DNA of 64,000 nucleotides, taken from positions 15,128,001 through 15,192,000 of the forward strand of contig OX597823.1 of assembly GCA_951406725.2 (NCBI GenBank), written 5' to 3'. Below the pieces are notes generated by a model. It saw only the letters and a program-made list of their open reading frames with translations, did no database searches and was not told the origin of the DNA. The DNA comes from Octopus vulgaris. Taxonomy: Eukaryota. Below are positions 26,874 to 41,554 of this stretch, piece by piece. The stretch's first letter is position 1. Each line of letters opens with the position of its first letter. Both the position numbers and the translations under genes were made by a program.

Positions 26874-27049
26874 GTGAGTTGGATATATTTTGCCTCTCAT
26901 TCTATATTTATGAGATTTTATATGTTTCTACGCCCATGCACACATAGATATACATATATTTTTATATGTCATTATTCAGTTTAATTTCAAAATTTCTCGT
27001 CAGTAGAGAAAGAGCTGATATCTGACCTAGCTCCAAGGCTCGTATGTAT

Positions 27050-27745
27050 GAATGTGCGGGTAGGGGTGAGGATGTAGGATGAGGGGAAGATGTGGGGTGG
27101 GGTGGGGTGAGGGTGTAGGGTGAGGATGTGCGAGTAGGGGTGAGTATGTGGGGTGGGGGATGTTCGGGTATGTGGGAGTGATATTAGGAAAGTGTCTGTG
27201 GACCAGGAGGTCACATATGTTGTGGGCTCGTTTGAAGGAGGGAAGGGGCAGGTTGGGGAAGATGTGCGAAGTGGAAGGGTCGGAGTGGAGTCGCCGGAAG
27301 GCTCGGAGAATGGTTCGTTGGAGGGGCAGGGTGGAGTGATAGTAGGTGAGGAGAAACGGGAGACGGGCAACGGCGGGACGCGTGCGTGAAGAGAGAGAGC
27401 AGAGGCACGATCCACGGAAATGTTCTGGCAAGGACGGTGTGAATAGTGGTCAGAGGAGATCCAAGCAGGATGAACTGTTGAGGAGTTGAGACTGAGTCTC
27501 AAAGTCATGGTTGTCACTGCAGAGCCTGCGCAGAGGAATTGGGAGTAGAGGATGGAGAGCTTGGTGCGTGTAGGGTGGGTGCAGGATAATTTGAGTTATG
27601 AGTGTGAGTCGGTGTGTTTGTTGTGGGTGGAGGTAGTGAGAGCAGAGTTGTGTATGTTGACCGAAATGGCGAGAAAGGCGACGGAAGTGTTGGAAATGAT
27701 GCAGGAGAATTCCAGGGAGGGATGGAAGGATTGGACAAAACAGAG
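27050..27745 (-). mobile_element. Penelope-like retroelement RT C-terminal fragment
   Basis: Remnants LSTSTYHKQTDSHS and RLPFLLTYYHSTLPLQRTI...IFPNLPLPSFKRAHNICDLLVH. Confidence 0.75.
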
Positions 27746-28917
27746 GAAAGATTCTAGAAAGATTCTATATATATATATATATATATTACAAAATACAAGC
27801 CACTTCTTAACGGGTCTACGACAAACAATTAATATACCTCAACTTTAGAATAAAAGAAATATATACACACACAAATATTACACTCCATAGAATCCATTAC
27901 TAATCAGCCCCATCACAGCTATACTTACACCCATTCATATTCTCCCTTCTCTGTTTTTTCTTCTTCTTCTTCCTCTTCTTCTTCATCATCATCATTATCA
28001 TCATCATCGTCGTCATCATCATCACCACCATCATCACCACCATCTTCTCCTTCTCCTTCTTCTTTTTCTTCTTCTTCATCATCATCATCATCAACATCGT
28101 CATCTTCTTCTACTTCTCCACCTTCCACCCCTTAACCTTGTCACTAATGTCTTTCAGTATAACGCCTATGCAAATTCCATAAACAATTCCTGAATTGAAC
28201 TGCGACTACTGTCAGCCACTGACCATTCAAAATACGACCATTAAGGCATTCCCAGATTTCCCCACCCCCTCTCCACATCAGCCTCATTATTCTTCACCTA
28301 TCCTACCAAGAACTCAAAACGACCTCGAACACACAAGTGCAAACAAGGGAGTCAGAGAAAGGCAGAATGCTACTTATATCTGAACACTACTACAGAAATA
28401 TTCTTTTAAAAAAACTTTTCTTCTAATTTTTCTAAATTTAATTATTTAATCGTTACAGTTGAAAAGGTCTCAAAATGACCGAAACCGGTACTGAAAGATT
28501 CACTATGAAATCATCTTAGCATTTTCTATTTTTGACTTGTTTTTTCATATATATATGTATATATATGTATACATATGTGTGTGTGTGCGTATGTATTATA
28601 TATGTATATATATATATATATGTGTGTGTGTATGTATGTATTATGTATGTATATATATATATATGTGTGTGTGTGCGTACGTGTCTGATGAGGAAGATGT
28701 CTTTGTATTGATGGGTGTATGTGTACATATTATATTCTTCTACTTACATATGTCATTAATTTATTCGTAGCTTATCTCAGGTCTTCAGACTCTTCTCAAT
28801 CATTCCTTATCTATACTGCCCACCATTCCTACCAAAATCTCAATAACTCTTCTTCACACTTTAATGTCCTCTAATGATCTGTCTTTTCATTTTATTGTTT
28901 GTCTTTTCACTTTTCAG

Positions 28918-28989
28918 AACCCTTTCTATGAATCAAATATCGAATATTGGAGAAAGTAGCTTCAAAAACCTCGTCAATTTGGAGGAACT
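28918..28989 (+). CDS. LRR exon 14, 'FKNL' type (TLSMNQISNIGESSFKNLVNLEEL)
   Basis: ttcag|72 nt|gtaagt. Confidence 0.92.
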
Positions 28990-29539
28990 GTAAGTTGAAT
29001 TAGACTTGTATATATGCAAGATTGTATATATGTTCAGTAAATTACCTTATATTCAACACCATTGGGACCTAAGAGTTGCTGAATAACTGAATTTTCCAGA
29101 TATCTGATCATCACTTATTAGATGGTCCAAAGCACCTTACAAAGCTCATTAAATCTTTATATATCCATCAGTATTATCAGTAATATTTTGAACACACTAG
29201 AAAGTAGGGAAATGGGAGAAAATATAAGTATAATTTGCGTAAAGAACAAGTCTTATTAATCTTATAAAATACAGGTAAATGCAGTAAAATAAAATACTGT
29301 ATTTCGAGAAGCAACGCTCTGTTTTAAATACAGTAGGAAGTTTCCTTCTTTGCATGATTAATTCATTAATACAAGTTAGCGCTATTTTTCTTGCCTAAAG
29401 AAAACACATTTTCCTTTGTTTCCTTCTGCGTATCAGTTTCCTGAAAAACGACGCATAATGGGCGCATTCTCGTTTGTATGTCATCGTGAGATTATAAACA
29501 GGCATTTGGAAGCGGGCGCATGCAGTTACCGTCTCATAG

Positions 29540-30791
29540 CACTGGGGAACGTTTTTGAGAAAAATGTTAGTTGTCTAGCTTTTAACAATTCATCCTACCT
29601 AAATCTGATGGTGTTGGGTTCAGAAATGCTCTCGGGTTCAGAAATTCTCTCAGAAATTTCTATCGCGTCAATTTTTTTGATATACTGTAATTCATGTTGT
29701 CAATTTTGCCATTAAATGCAATATTTAAATGAGAAACTAACACAACCCAAACAGTACTTTTAAAGTTTTTAACAAATATATTACACAAAATGTTTAATTA
29801 CGCATCTTAGAATATATATATCTGTCACACTGGAGTTTCAACTACTCAAGGAATGAACTTACTCTTTGCTGCTCCTTGTGAATAAACTGCATCATGACAG
29901 TCTCTTTAACCTGTAGTAGACAGCATCATATTTCTCCTGCCTTGATACCTCGTCTGTATGTTCTCGATGTCTTTGTTGAATCTTTTTCCTAGCTCGTCAT
30001 TTATTGCCTTATGACTTTCAAGGATGTAGTCCAGGTGACTATGCAGGAAATGCACATTTACACTCATGTTGCAGCCCATCGCTCGAAAACTGGTTAACAG
30101 GGTTTGCTCAAGATCTTCATAATTTGATGGTTTCCTGTTTCCCAGGACATTAGATACAACTGCAGTAAGAGAATCCCTTATTTTTTATTCAATGCCAGAC
30201 ATGGTCTCCAAAAAATAACTAGTCCTGCAATAGCCACCAAATATGTGGCCCGTCAAATATACCATCCTCAATTTTCTTACAGGACAAAACTGGAAACTTT
30301 CTGCTTAAGCATTTGAAGCAGTCACTCTCTGAGTGTTTTAACACATGTTTTGCACACTACCTAGTTACACAGTTTCATGCTAAAGTAACTAAGGAAGTAA
30401 GGTAAGCTTTCATCACAAAATCTGTGATTTTGTTTCGTTGCCTAATCCAGAAATAAGAAGAAGGCACCGGGACTGTTTTTACATTTTTTCTCTCTCACAA
30501 CTGGTCATATTTCTGAAATACAAAGCATATTGAAGCCAGTTGTAATCTGAGAAAGGCATTTTCATAATAGTCTCAATAAGTCAACAGTTATAAAGTAAGC
30601 AAATGCAGATTTGTGATGGCAAAGTTCTGTAAAGAGCATGCATACTATGAAGTTCTTTTTGCAGTCCTTTGACCATGCTTGTTGAAAAGTGATCTGGACC
30701 CATGTGACCTCATAATTAAAAGATTATGGCACATTCAAAATACCAATTTTCATAAGAAACAGTTAAAAGCTTAGCAAAACATGTTCTAGTG
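29540..30791 (-). mobile_element. Internally deleted Chapaev3-like DNA transposon
   Basis: CAC...GTG imperfect termini; GIFDGPHI and MGCNMSVNVHFLHSHLDY remnants. Confidence 0.7.
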
Positions 30792-31039
30792 TGCAATGAT
30801 AGTCACGCTAAATTAAACAGAACGTGAGCATATCTTCAGACAGATTCCACAAAGATGAGACATGTATTATGTCAAGGACCACAAAAATATATTGTTTCTT
30901 AACATCTAATTGTATAAATGTCATTTCTATCATCATCATGACATTTGAAACTGCTCAGATTCAAAATAGTGAAAGTTGCTCAAGTTTGATGCATTTGGAA
31001 GAAGACACCAAGGAGGACTTATATAACAGCAGAGTAGAA

Positions 31040-32395
31040 GAGGATGCCAGGCCAAAAGGCCTTGAAAGATAGACTAACCCTTGCACAGTACGCCAATGCG
31101 TGCGGTGACTGAAAGATTAAGTCTACTTGTTTATCGTTCGGAAAACCCCAGAGCCTTTAACTCACATAATATTCTGAAAGAAAAACTGCAGGTTATGTGG
31201 AGGGCAAATCCAAGGGCGTGGGTCACCAGGCAGTTCTTTGTGGTGTAGGTGAAGTTTGTCTTTGGTCCTGAAGTTACAAAATGTCTCCAGGAATATACCC
31301 AATCTCTTCAAGCCCTTCTCATCCTGGACAATGCACCAACTCACCCACCTAACTTCAAAGATGACATCTTCGAAAGGTTCAAGTATATAGTTCTCTACAT
31401 TTCACTCAACTCCATTCCCTCCCCTGCCGCCCACGGACCATCAGAAGATTTCTAATTTCAATAAGCTCTTCACCAAGTACCTGCTCCGCTGCTGATTTCA
31501 GGTGACGGAGAGCCCAAGCCTCACTCTTCGAGAGTTCTTGAAGGACCACTATAACATCGGGATATGCCTCAGAATTATTGTTTTGGTCTGGCAGGGTGTT
31601 ACAGAGAGGATCTTGACTTCTACGTGAAGGAAGTAGTAGCCTGAGGTTGAGTCTGAAACGGACTTTGAAAGGCTCGCACCCGAAGCGACAGTGGTGGAGA
31701 AGGTTGTATTTCTCAGCAAGTCCATGGGCCTGGTTGTGAATGAAGGTGGCATCTATGGGTTCATCGAGGAGCACTCCAAGGAACAGACAACGGAAGAGTT
31801 AAAGGGGCGACAGACGCAGCAGCACACGGAGGTTTTGCAAGAAATAGGTGACGCAGAGGAGACAGAGGAGGTTATCTCTACCAGTGCGATAAAGGGAATG
31901 TTGGGAATGTAGGACTTTATTCAAAAGAAACACCCAGAAAAAGTTGCAACTGGGCGTGCGACGGCGCTATTTAATGACACTTGCGAAGCTCATTTCAGAA
32001 GTATTCTGAGAGTGAGGATGCAACAGACCTTATTGGACAGGGTTTTATCGAAAACTTCTGCAGATGAAAGTGAGGAAAGCGTGGCGAAAGGGCGAAAATC
32101 ATGCTCAAGTTGTCTGATTACCAAGGTAAATGCTGTACTTAATAAAACCGATTTATTGCAGTACATTCTATTGTATTGTATTTTATACAATATTTGCTAT
32201 TTATAAGTATATTATTCTTTCTTAAAAACATGTAAGAAAAAATTGCGGTGGTTTAGGGGTGAGGTGGGGGCGGGTTTTTTTTTTACGGATCAATGGCATT
32301 TCAGTTCATTTCAATGGGGAAATTTGATTTGATATACGAGTAATTTCAGTTACCAGCTCCTTCACGGAACGAATTAAATTCGTAAGTCAAGGTAC

Positions 32396-32399
<4 letters not shown>
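31040..32399 (+). mobile_element. Tigger/pogo transposon 3' part, decayed
   Basis: KDRLTL, SENPRAF, WRANPRAWVT, LLILDNAPTHP; right end aaggtaccact followed by TA repeat. Confidence 0.9.
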
Positions 32400-32453
<54 letters not shown>

Positions 32454-32861
32454 AAAGAAAGAAGATGAATAAATACAGAATATTTGTTTTACGAGACTAA
32501 AGAATATATTTAAATCGTCATGGCAAAATTATTATACAATATTATATAAGATAAGATTTTTTTTTCTCCTGTAATTAGGCGACCGATTTCGCTGAAACTT
32601 TTCAAATTTTGAGTGTAGATGCAATACAAAATGAGAAATGTTCTTTGTTAGGTGGGGAATAATTGTTAACCAAGGTATTTTTCAGTAGAAGGGAGATGAA
32701 TCAGTAATTATCAACATGAGTTTATATTTAGTTCTGGCTAATATTTTTCGATAAATGAGGCTTCTTAATTTAGTCGCACTTGTGTTGAGGTCTAGACAGC
32801 ACATTGATATAATGGTAAGATTAGGATTTGTGGTTGCAGTTGTTCTGCGTCTTTCATTCGC

Positions 32862-32908
<47 letters not shown>

Positions 32909-34339
32909 CGACAAGACTTCGGTCGGGTCGAGGCAGTGGGACTGAACCCGAAACCATGTGTTTGGGAAGCAAGCTTCTTACCTCACAGCCAACTATTATA
33001 ATAATATTCACTATATAATAATAGATTATTCCTTTATTTGGTAATGTGGTTTACCATCATCATAAGCGAAACCTGTGCTTTCTGGCCTTAAAATTGGTGT
33101 GAAAAATGAAAATGGCAATCTCTGATAGTGACCGACGGTGATCACCTGGAAAAAAACACTAAATGTTTTTGTACGCATGCATAGATGTTATTATTTAGTT
33201 TTATTCGTAGATTTGTAGTCAATTGAGAAAGAGCTTGTTTGTAACTTAGGTCCAAATGTTCCTCAATGAAATTTCAACAACACAAGAGTAAAGATTATTT
33301 GCCAACATAACATAGCAGTCCTGGTTTGGAGCGAATGTTGCTGTAGTTCAGCCCCAGGAGACATCGTCTTCAGTTGGCTATACGACGTTCTTATATTTTC
33401 GAACAAGGGCATTTAGCACCCGCACTCAGCTCAAAACAATATCTGCGTATCGTTATTTCTTGGTTATTTCCCTTCATATAAGGTCATATAAACCCTTCAT
33501 GAAGGTTATTTCCCTTCATATAAGCCCCAGGAGTCGTCCTAAACCAGAACTACCATGTTATGTTGGCAAATAATCTTCACTCTAGAGTACTGTTGCTGAA
33601 TATCTCTCATTGAGAGATTTACAAAATGTAATTTAATTTTCAACGCAATAGTTGTGCATATATTTGTTTATAGGTGCAAGTATTAAGGGTGAATTCATGT
33701 GCAAATCTATAAATCAATATATATCAAAGAATTTTATTTCGGACAATATTTAAGGCTCACAGTATATGTGCGTTTAAGTGGATTTCCAGGTTTTTTCCTT
33801 ACGTGGATCGAAAATGCTGCAGTTCCAAAATATTGTCTTTGTTAATAGCGGAAACGGAAACATTCCATAAATGAATACGGTTCTCTTAATGACTCTGTTG
33901 TATTATATTTTATCAAGCAATGAACGAGAGAGTTTTGATAATGCTTTTCAAGTACAGGCGTTAGCGAGTTATTCGAGTGACATCCTGAGTTCTTACGAGC
34001 TTTGACATATAAAAGCACACTTTCTCCTCTATGTAGGCATGATGAAATCACTACGTTTAATATAAGAGATTTTTATTGAGGGGTGCAGCTATAGATAAGT
34101 GTATGTGTGTTATGTGTATACGTGTGTGTGTGCGTGTGTGCGTGTGTGTGCAGATATATATATATTTACATATGATGTATGTATATATACACACATACAT
34201 ATATATACACATTCATAAAAAAACACACATATTCATATCAATGCATACGTACCCACAAATTTCTTTCATCACATATACTTGAGTGAACGTCTAAAACCAG
34301 TGCATTTCAACTGAATTTCTTACATATGCTCCTACATAT

Positions 34340-34765
34340 TATTTAAATGATAAACGTTTGGAAAGTTTTACAGTCCCAGTGATGGATTGTATCTGTAGTC
34401 TTCCAATCAACTTTTTTCCGTTATAGGTTTGAGAAGTCTAATTTCTAAAGATTGGTATTTAGGCAGTGTGTTACATATCCAAGTGCCCCAATAATTACAG
34501 TTATAAACTTGAACTTGTAGTCTGCATAAAGTAACTGTTGATTCCTCAATAGTTCAGCGCAAGTATTCACTTTTTTGCTGATTTTCAGTTTTATTTTAAC
34601 ACACGTGGGAAACTGATTTCCACAACATAATACAGTTTTTCTTCTCAATCCCAAATCACTATGTCAGGTCTATTATATATATACATTTTATTGAGGTTTT
34701 TACTGGTATATTCCATCAGTATTTTTCATTATGAGTGGCTATGACTTCTACCATACTGTGGGTTC
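34340..34765 (-). mobile_element. 3' fragment of a restriction-like-endonuclease LINE (R4/Dong-like)
   Basis: NRPDIVIWD and VIIGALG remnants. Confidence 0.7.
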
Positions 34766-35063
34766 TTGTATGTATGTATGTATGTATGTATGTATGTATG
34801 TATGTATGTATGTATGTATGTATGTATGTATGTATGTATGTATGTATGTATGTATGTATGTATGTATGTATGTATGTATGTATGTATGTATGTATGTATG
34901 TATGTATGTATGTATGTATGTATGTATGTATGTATGTATGTAGTATGTATGTATGTATGTATGTATGTATGTATGTATGTATGTATGTATGTATGTATGT
35001 ATGTATGTATGTATGCATGCATGCATGCATGCATGCATGCATGCATGTATGTATGAATATATG

Positions 35064-35455
35064 GATGGATGGAAGCACTCCGTCGGTTACGACGACGAGG
35101 GTTCCGGTTGCACCGAATCAACGGAACAGCCTGCTCGTGAAATTAACGTGTAAGTGGTTGAGCACTCCACAGACACGTGCACCCTTAACGTAGTTCTCGG
35201 GGATATTCAGCGTGACACAGAGAGTGACAAGGCCGGCCCCTTGAAATACAGGTACAACAGAAACAGGAAGTAAGAGTGAGAGAAAGTTGTGGTGAAAGAG
35301 TACAGCAGGGATCACCACCATCCCCTGCCGGAGCCTCGTGGAGCTTTAGGTGTTTTCGCTCAATAAACACTCACAACGCCCGGTCTGGGAATCGAAACCG
35401 CGATCCTATGACCGCGAGTCCGCTGCCCTAACCACTGGGCCATTGCGCCTCCACG
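35064..35455 (-). mobile_element. tRNA-derived SINE
   Basis: gtatgaatatatg TSD; near-identical to 55346-55730. Confidence 0.9.
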
Positions 35456-35850
35456 TATGAATATATGTATAAGGTATAAGCAAAACAAAAATATGTGAGG
35501 CGAAGGAATTTTTATAGCATCTGTAGTGATTACAGATGTTTCATTAAATATTTAGATTTCTTTGCCTCTCACACCTGGTAAGTTGCATATTACATACTCC
35601 AGAATGGAAACACTATATATATATATATATATATATAGTGTGTCTGAGATTACCAGTGCACCGTCCTGTTAAATTGCGTTGTAGTTTGTGTTACCCGATA
35701 ACCAGTTCCTCAGCTGTAGTGCTTACCGTGACTTGCTGTTTGGTTCTTTGAATCAAATTTCTAAAATTATATACGTATGTGTGTGCGTGTGTGTGTCTGT
35801 GTGTGTGTGTGTATGTGTGAGTGCGTGTGTGTGTCTGCATATCCATGTAA

Positions 35851-35987
<137 letters not shown>

Positions 35988-36004
35988 GAGAGAGAGAGAG
36001 AGAG

Positions 36005-36045
<41 letters not shown>

Positions 36046-36569
36046 CATACATAAATACATACATACATACATACATACATACATACATACATACATACAT
36101 ACATACATACATACATACATACATACATACATACATACGTACATAGAGAGAGAAAGAGAGTATGCGTGTGCCTATCTAGATTATCTAAGATCACGTTTAT
36201 GTAATTATCAAGTTAGATTCCATATGTTCTATTAGAATCCAAAACAGTTGCCTGACTGGAAAATTATTGATATTAGACAGATAATTCCATGCTGCAAATC
36301 TTTTGGCTATAATGGTCATGGAATATAAATTCAAGTATAAGACAATAAATTATAGTGTTAAATTATTTACTTAAATCTTCTTAATACGTGTTTCAATTAC
36401 AATTAATTCAGGCTAATCTCATGCATATATTGTATAATTATAATGGATACACATGTAAATTTGTTATGAATATATACACACTATTCTCCTCTGAATTGCA
36501 CTTTATATTTGTGTGTGTCTATGGGTACGGGAGTGTGTCTGTTTCTTTGTCTGTCTCTCTGTCTCCCTG

Positions 36570-37588
36570 TATGTATGTATGTATGTATGATGTATGTATG
36601 TGTGTGTGTATGTATGTATGTATGTATGTACGTATGTATGTATGTTAGTATGTATGTATGCATGTATGCATGTATGTATGCATGTATGTATGTATGTTCG
36701 TATGTATGTATGCATGTATGCATGTATGTATGTATGTATGTATGTATGTATGTATGTATGTATGAATGTATGTATGTATGTATGTATGCATCCATGTATG
36801 TATGTATGTATGTATGTATGTATGTATGTATGTATGAATGTATGTATGTATGTATCTATGTATGTATGTATGTATGAATGTATGTATGTATGTATGTATG
36901 TATGTATGTATGCATGTATGTATGTATGTATGAATGTTCGTATGTATGTATGTATGTTCGTATGCATGTATGTATGTATGTATGTATGTATGCATGTATG
37001 TATGTATGTATGCATGTTCGTATGTATGTATGTATGTATGTATGTATGTATGTATGTATGTATGTATGTATGTATGTATGTATGTATGTATGTATGTATG
37101 AATGTTCGTATGTATGTATGTATGTTCGTATGCATGTATGTATGTATGTATGTATGTATGTATGAATGTTCGTATGTATGTATGCATGTTCGTATGCATG
37201 TATGTATGTATGTATGCATGTATGTATGTATGTATGAATGTTCGTATGTATGTATGCATGTTCGTATGTATGTATGTATGTATGTATGTATGTATGTATG
37301 TATGAATGTATGTATGTATGTATGAATGTATGTATATATGAATGTATGTATGTATGTATGTATGTATGTTCGTATGTATGTATGTATGTATGTATGTATG
37401 TTCGTATGTATGTATGTATGTATGTATGTATGTTCGTATGTATGTATGTATGTATGTATGTATGTATGTATGTTCGTATGTATGTATGTATGTATGTATG
37501 TATGTTCGTATGTATGTATGTATGTATGTATGTATGTATGTATGTATGTATGTATGTATGTATGTATGTATGTATGTATGTATGTATG
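36570..37588. repeat. About 1-kb (TATG)n with variant units; further tracts at 34768-35054, 41130-41420 and 42440-42700
   Basis: Direct reading. Confidence 0.98.
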
Positions 37589-38070
37589 AGTCATTATTCG
37601 TTTTTGTTTCAAGGTTTCTTGCCAATAGAGAAAGAACCGGTTTCTAACCTAGATCCAAGGCTCCTTCATTGCAATTTTAACAACATCAACATGGTATTTC
37701 TGTTTGTATGTATATATATATATATATGTATATGTATGTGTTGATTTTTTATTAGCCACAAGGGACTATACATAGATATTTTTTTTTTTAGTATATATTT
37801 CTTTATTGCCCAGAAGGGGCTAAACATAGAGGGGACAAACAAGGACAGACAAGAGGAATTAAGTCGATTACAGCGACCCCAGTGCTTACCTGGTACTTAA
37901 TTTATGGACCCCGAAAGGTTGAAAGGCAAAGTCGACCTCGGCGGAATTTGAACTCAGAACGTAACGCCAGACGAAATACGGCTACGCATTTCGCCCGGCG
38001 TGCTAACGTTTCTGCCAGCTCGCCGACTTAATATTCACAGACAACCGACACTCTCATACCGCGCGCGCTT

Positions 38071-38153
<83 letters not shown>

Positions 38154-39293
38154 CACTCATTCACCCACGCACACACGCACACACACACGTATACACATAA
38201 CACACATACACTTATCTATAGCTGCACCCCTCAATAAAAATCTCTTAGATTAAACGTAGTGATTTCATCATGCCTACATAGAGGAGAAAGTGTGCTTTTA
38301 TAAGTCAAAGCTCGTAAGAACTCAGGATGTCACTCGAATAACTCGCTAACGCATGTACTTGAAAAGCATTATCAAAACTCTCTCGTTCATTGCTTGATAA
38401 AATATAATACAACAGAGTCATTAAGAGAACCGTATTCATTTATGGAATGTTTCCGTTTCCGCTATTAACAAAGACAATATTTTGGAACTGCAGCATTTTC
38501 GATCCACGTAAGGAAAAAACCTGGAAATCCACTTAAACGCACATTTTCAGTGAGCCTTAAATATTGTCCAAAACAAAATTCTTAATAGCATAGTTGAGAC
38601 TATTAAGGCATCATAGCAAATGGTATTTTTTTAAATGTTCACTTCTTAACATACATGTTGTTTTTTTCAATTTCTATGCAAAGAGTATCATATTTTAAAT
38701 TTTATTTTTTTAAATCTGTATATAAGGAAGAATAAGTCCACAAATTATTTTGGATGAGTTATGATTTATTATGAAATTACTGATAGAAATGATAGTTACT
38801 GATAGAAAATGATAGAAAACTGGGATAACATCATGAGTAAAATATTTCGCGTTAGAAATAAGTGACAGATATCTCAGAGTACAATGAACGATGTCTAGTA
38901 AATATATATTTACTAGAAATTTCTGAATGAAAATATACGGGATAATATGTTAAGAGGTTAAAGATATAATTTGTATTATACACAGAAACATTAAATCAGA
39001 AACATTTCAGAGATAACAGTTTTTTTACATAGACGTTTTTTTTTTTTTAATATCTTTTTCATGTTCCATATTGGGTTGTAGAGGCACCACGTAAGGTCTC
39101 TGTCTTAACATATCTCAAGCAAACTACATTGATGAAACCCATTCCTTTTCTAAATAGACCGACGAGAACCTAAAGAGAAATGAAACACAATACTAGGGGC
39201 AGAGCAATTTATTTTATTTGTGTTGGCGAAACAGAAATACAGACATTTGTGAAAGTCTATTTCTTTCATTTTTTTTTTTTTTTTTCCTTTCAG

Positions 39294-39365
39294 AAATTTG
39301 AAGAACAACGAAATCAAAGAATATCAAGATGGCGCATTTTCATTTCTTTCAAGCATAATTAAAAT
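39294..39365 (+). CDS. LRR exon 15, terminal repeat (NLKNNEIKEYQDGAFSFLSSIIKI)
   Basis: Long poly-T tract cag|72 nt|gtatgt. Confidence 0.9.
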
Positions 39366-39639
39366 GTATGTTCAAGACTGCTCTTCTTTTGTTTATTACA
39401 AAATGAAAACATTTTATTTGTAAAAATAAAATTCATAAATTGAGGTAAAACTATTACAGTTATTTGTTTAATATGGAGGAGGCATCCGTTAGTCTCGCGA
39501 AACCACGTGTCTACGCCTGGTAAATCTTGCTTCGGTCTTGTTAGTAGAGCCTCATCTATTGTGATCATATAGAGACCCCTTGAGTGACAGTGTCGACTGT
39601 AATGACTGCATTTGTAGGTACTGTCCACTAGCCTCATCC

Positions 39640-40010
39640 TGGTGCTGTTTTCCCGATTCTGCAGAAAAGTTCAACCTCTTCTCTCGTCTTTAAAAACCCT
39701 TGTCTAGTAGGAATGATCATCAGTAATGTTCCCCAACTTTTCAACTTTCACATAAAGCGACTTCATGACTCTATTGCAAGCATTGTTGAAACGGAGACGG
39801 AGTCGTCCTTGTGTTGTATTACCGGATGATAGTTCATAATACAACTTGTCTTTCGTGAACTTCTCGTCTTTCATGCAGTGTATATGGCTGGCCCAGCCAG
39901 TGGAAGCGTAATTATTGCAGTAGGATGAGAAGGCCGAGGTTTTGCGCTCGAGCCAACACCGCATTACCGAAGAATGACTAGGAGTTACTTCGTCTACGCT
40001 TGGAAGTGTG
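39640..40010 (-). mobile_element. RTE-clade LINE 3' fragment
   Basis: WASHIHCMKDEKFTKDKLYYELSSGNTTQGRLRLRF resembles WxGHvxRM..R.PK..LYGEL..G.R..GRP.LR. Confidence 0.75.
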
Positions 40011-40085
40011 ACTGGTAATGGGTGCACGGAAAACAGTAGTTTCAGAGATTTTTGTGTTGTTGTTAACCCGCTACCCGATATTCTA

Positions 40086-40226
<141 letters not shown>

Positions 40227-40540
40227 GTTTACCCTTCTTGGTAGTCAGGAAGCAAGACCATTTGTTTAGGGATTATAGCGGATCACCAAAATAGGTGATG
40301 GACTACTTTGATACCCTTTTTCTCAAAATTCAGTTTCTACTAGATTCAACTTAACTTTAAGCTCCCCTCAGACAATGCACAGCAAAAAGGCTAAAAATTA
40401 CGATAATTTCAGTTCCCATGAGGACCCAATTCACTTCACCGAAAATACAAATACATTCCAGAAAACCACAAGCGTCAACACTTTTAAGCATCTAAACAAA
40501 GTTTTCAATCGATCTTATACAAATTTTATTGGAATTACAG

Positions 40541-40707
40541 TGACTTGAGCGGCAATAAAGACATGGTCTGTGGATGTCATTTACCAAAACTTATCGAGCG
40601 TATAAGTGAAACTGACAACAGGAGTGTGACTGTCTTGGGCGACTGTATAGGGGCTGGCACCAACCCAATCAAGTTTACCCATACAGAGAAACCTTCGCAC
40701 TGTATTA
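40541..40707 (+). CDS. LRR C-terminal cap (LRRCT) exon
   Basis: tacag|167 nt|gtaagt, phase 2-1; DLSGNKDMVCGCHLPKLIERISETDNRSVTVLGDCIGAGTNPIKFTHTEKPSHCI has the CxC...C...C pattern. Confidence 0.88.
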
Positions 40708-41459
40708 GTAAGTGAAATCTTCCTTAAATCTGTTGCAATCGTTTCTTCTCTTTATACGATCTACAGAAATTCACAATGAAAATTCCATATATTTAATATA
40801 ATTTCCTCTGTTATATATTATCTCTGTGCCAGTTGGCACAGCATACTTATCAATCAAATATGCGAGTGTTTATACTTTACTCCTTGCATTTTACGTCAAG
40901 ATTTTAGAAATCGTATTTATACTTAGTGTAGTTCTTATCTGTATCTCTCTAACATATATAGATATATTTCGTTTTCAACCTTTATTTTTTCTGATGTTCG
41001 CTTGCTTACGCACTTTTTGAATTAGACAATTACTAGTTACTTAACAAATTTGACTATCCTTCCCTTCCGTAACATTTGTATAATTCCATCTGACTTGAAA
41101 CTTCTCAACTATACTCCAGAGATTATATACATGCATACATGCATGTAAACATGCATGCATGTATACATACAAGCATATATGCATACATGCATGCATACAT
41201 ACATACATACATACATACATACATACATACATACATACATCATACATGCATCATATATACATACATACATACACACATGCATGCATACATACATACATAC
41301 ATACATACCTACATACATACATACACAAATACATACATCATACATACATACATGCATACATACATACATACATACATACATACATACATACATACATACA
41401 TACATACATACAGGCATGCATGCAAGCACACTCACAGTGATTCTCTGTGTATCTTTGTT

Positions 41460-41554
<95 letters not shown>

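Noticed and set aside
27900-28128. Acidic D/E-rich ORF
   Set aside because: (TCA)n/(TCT)n trinucleotide repeat with no splice support.
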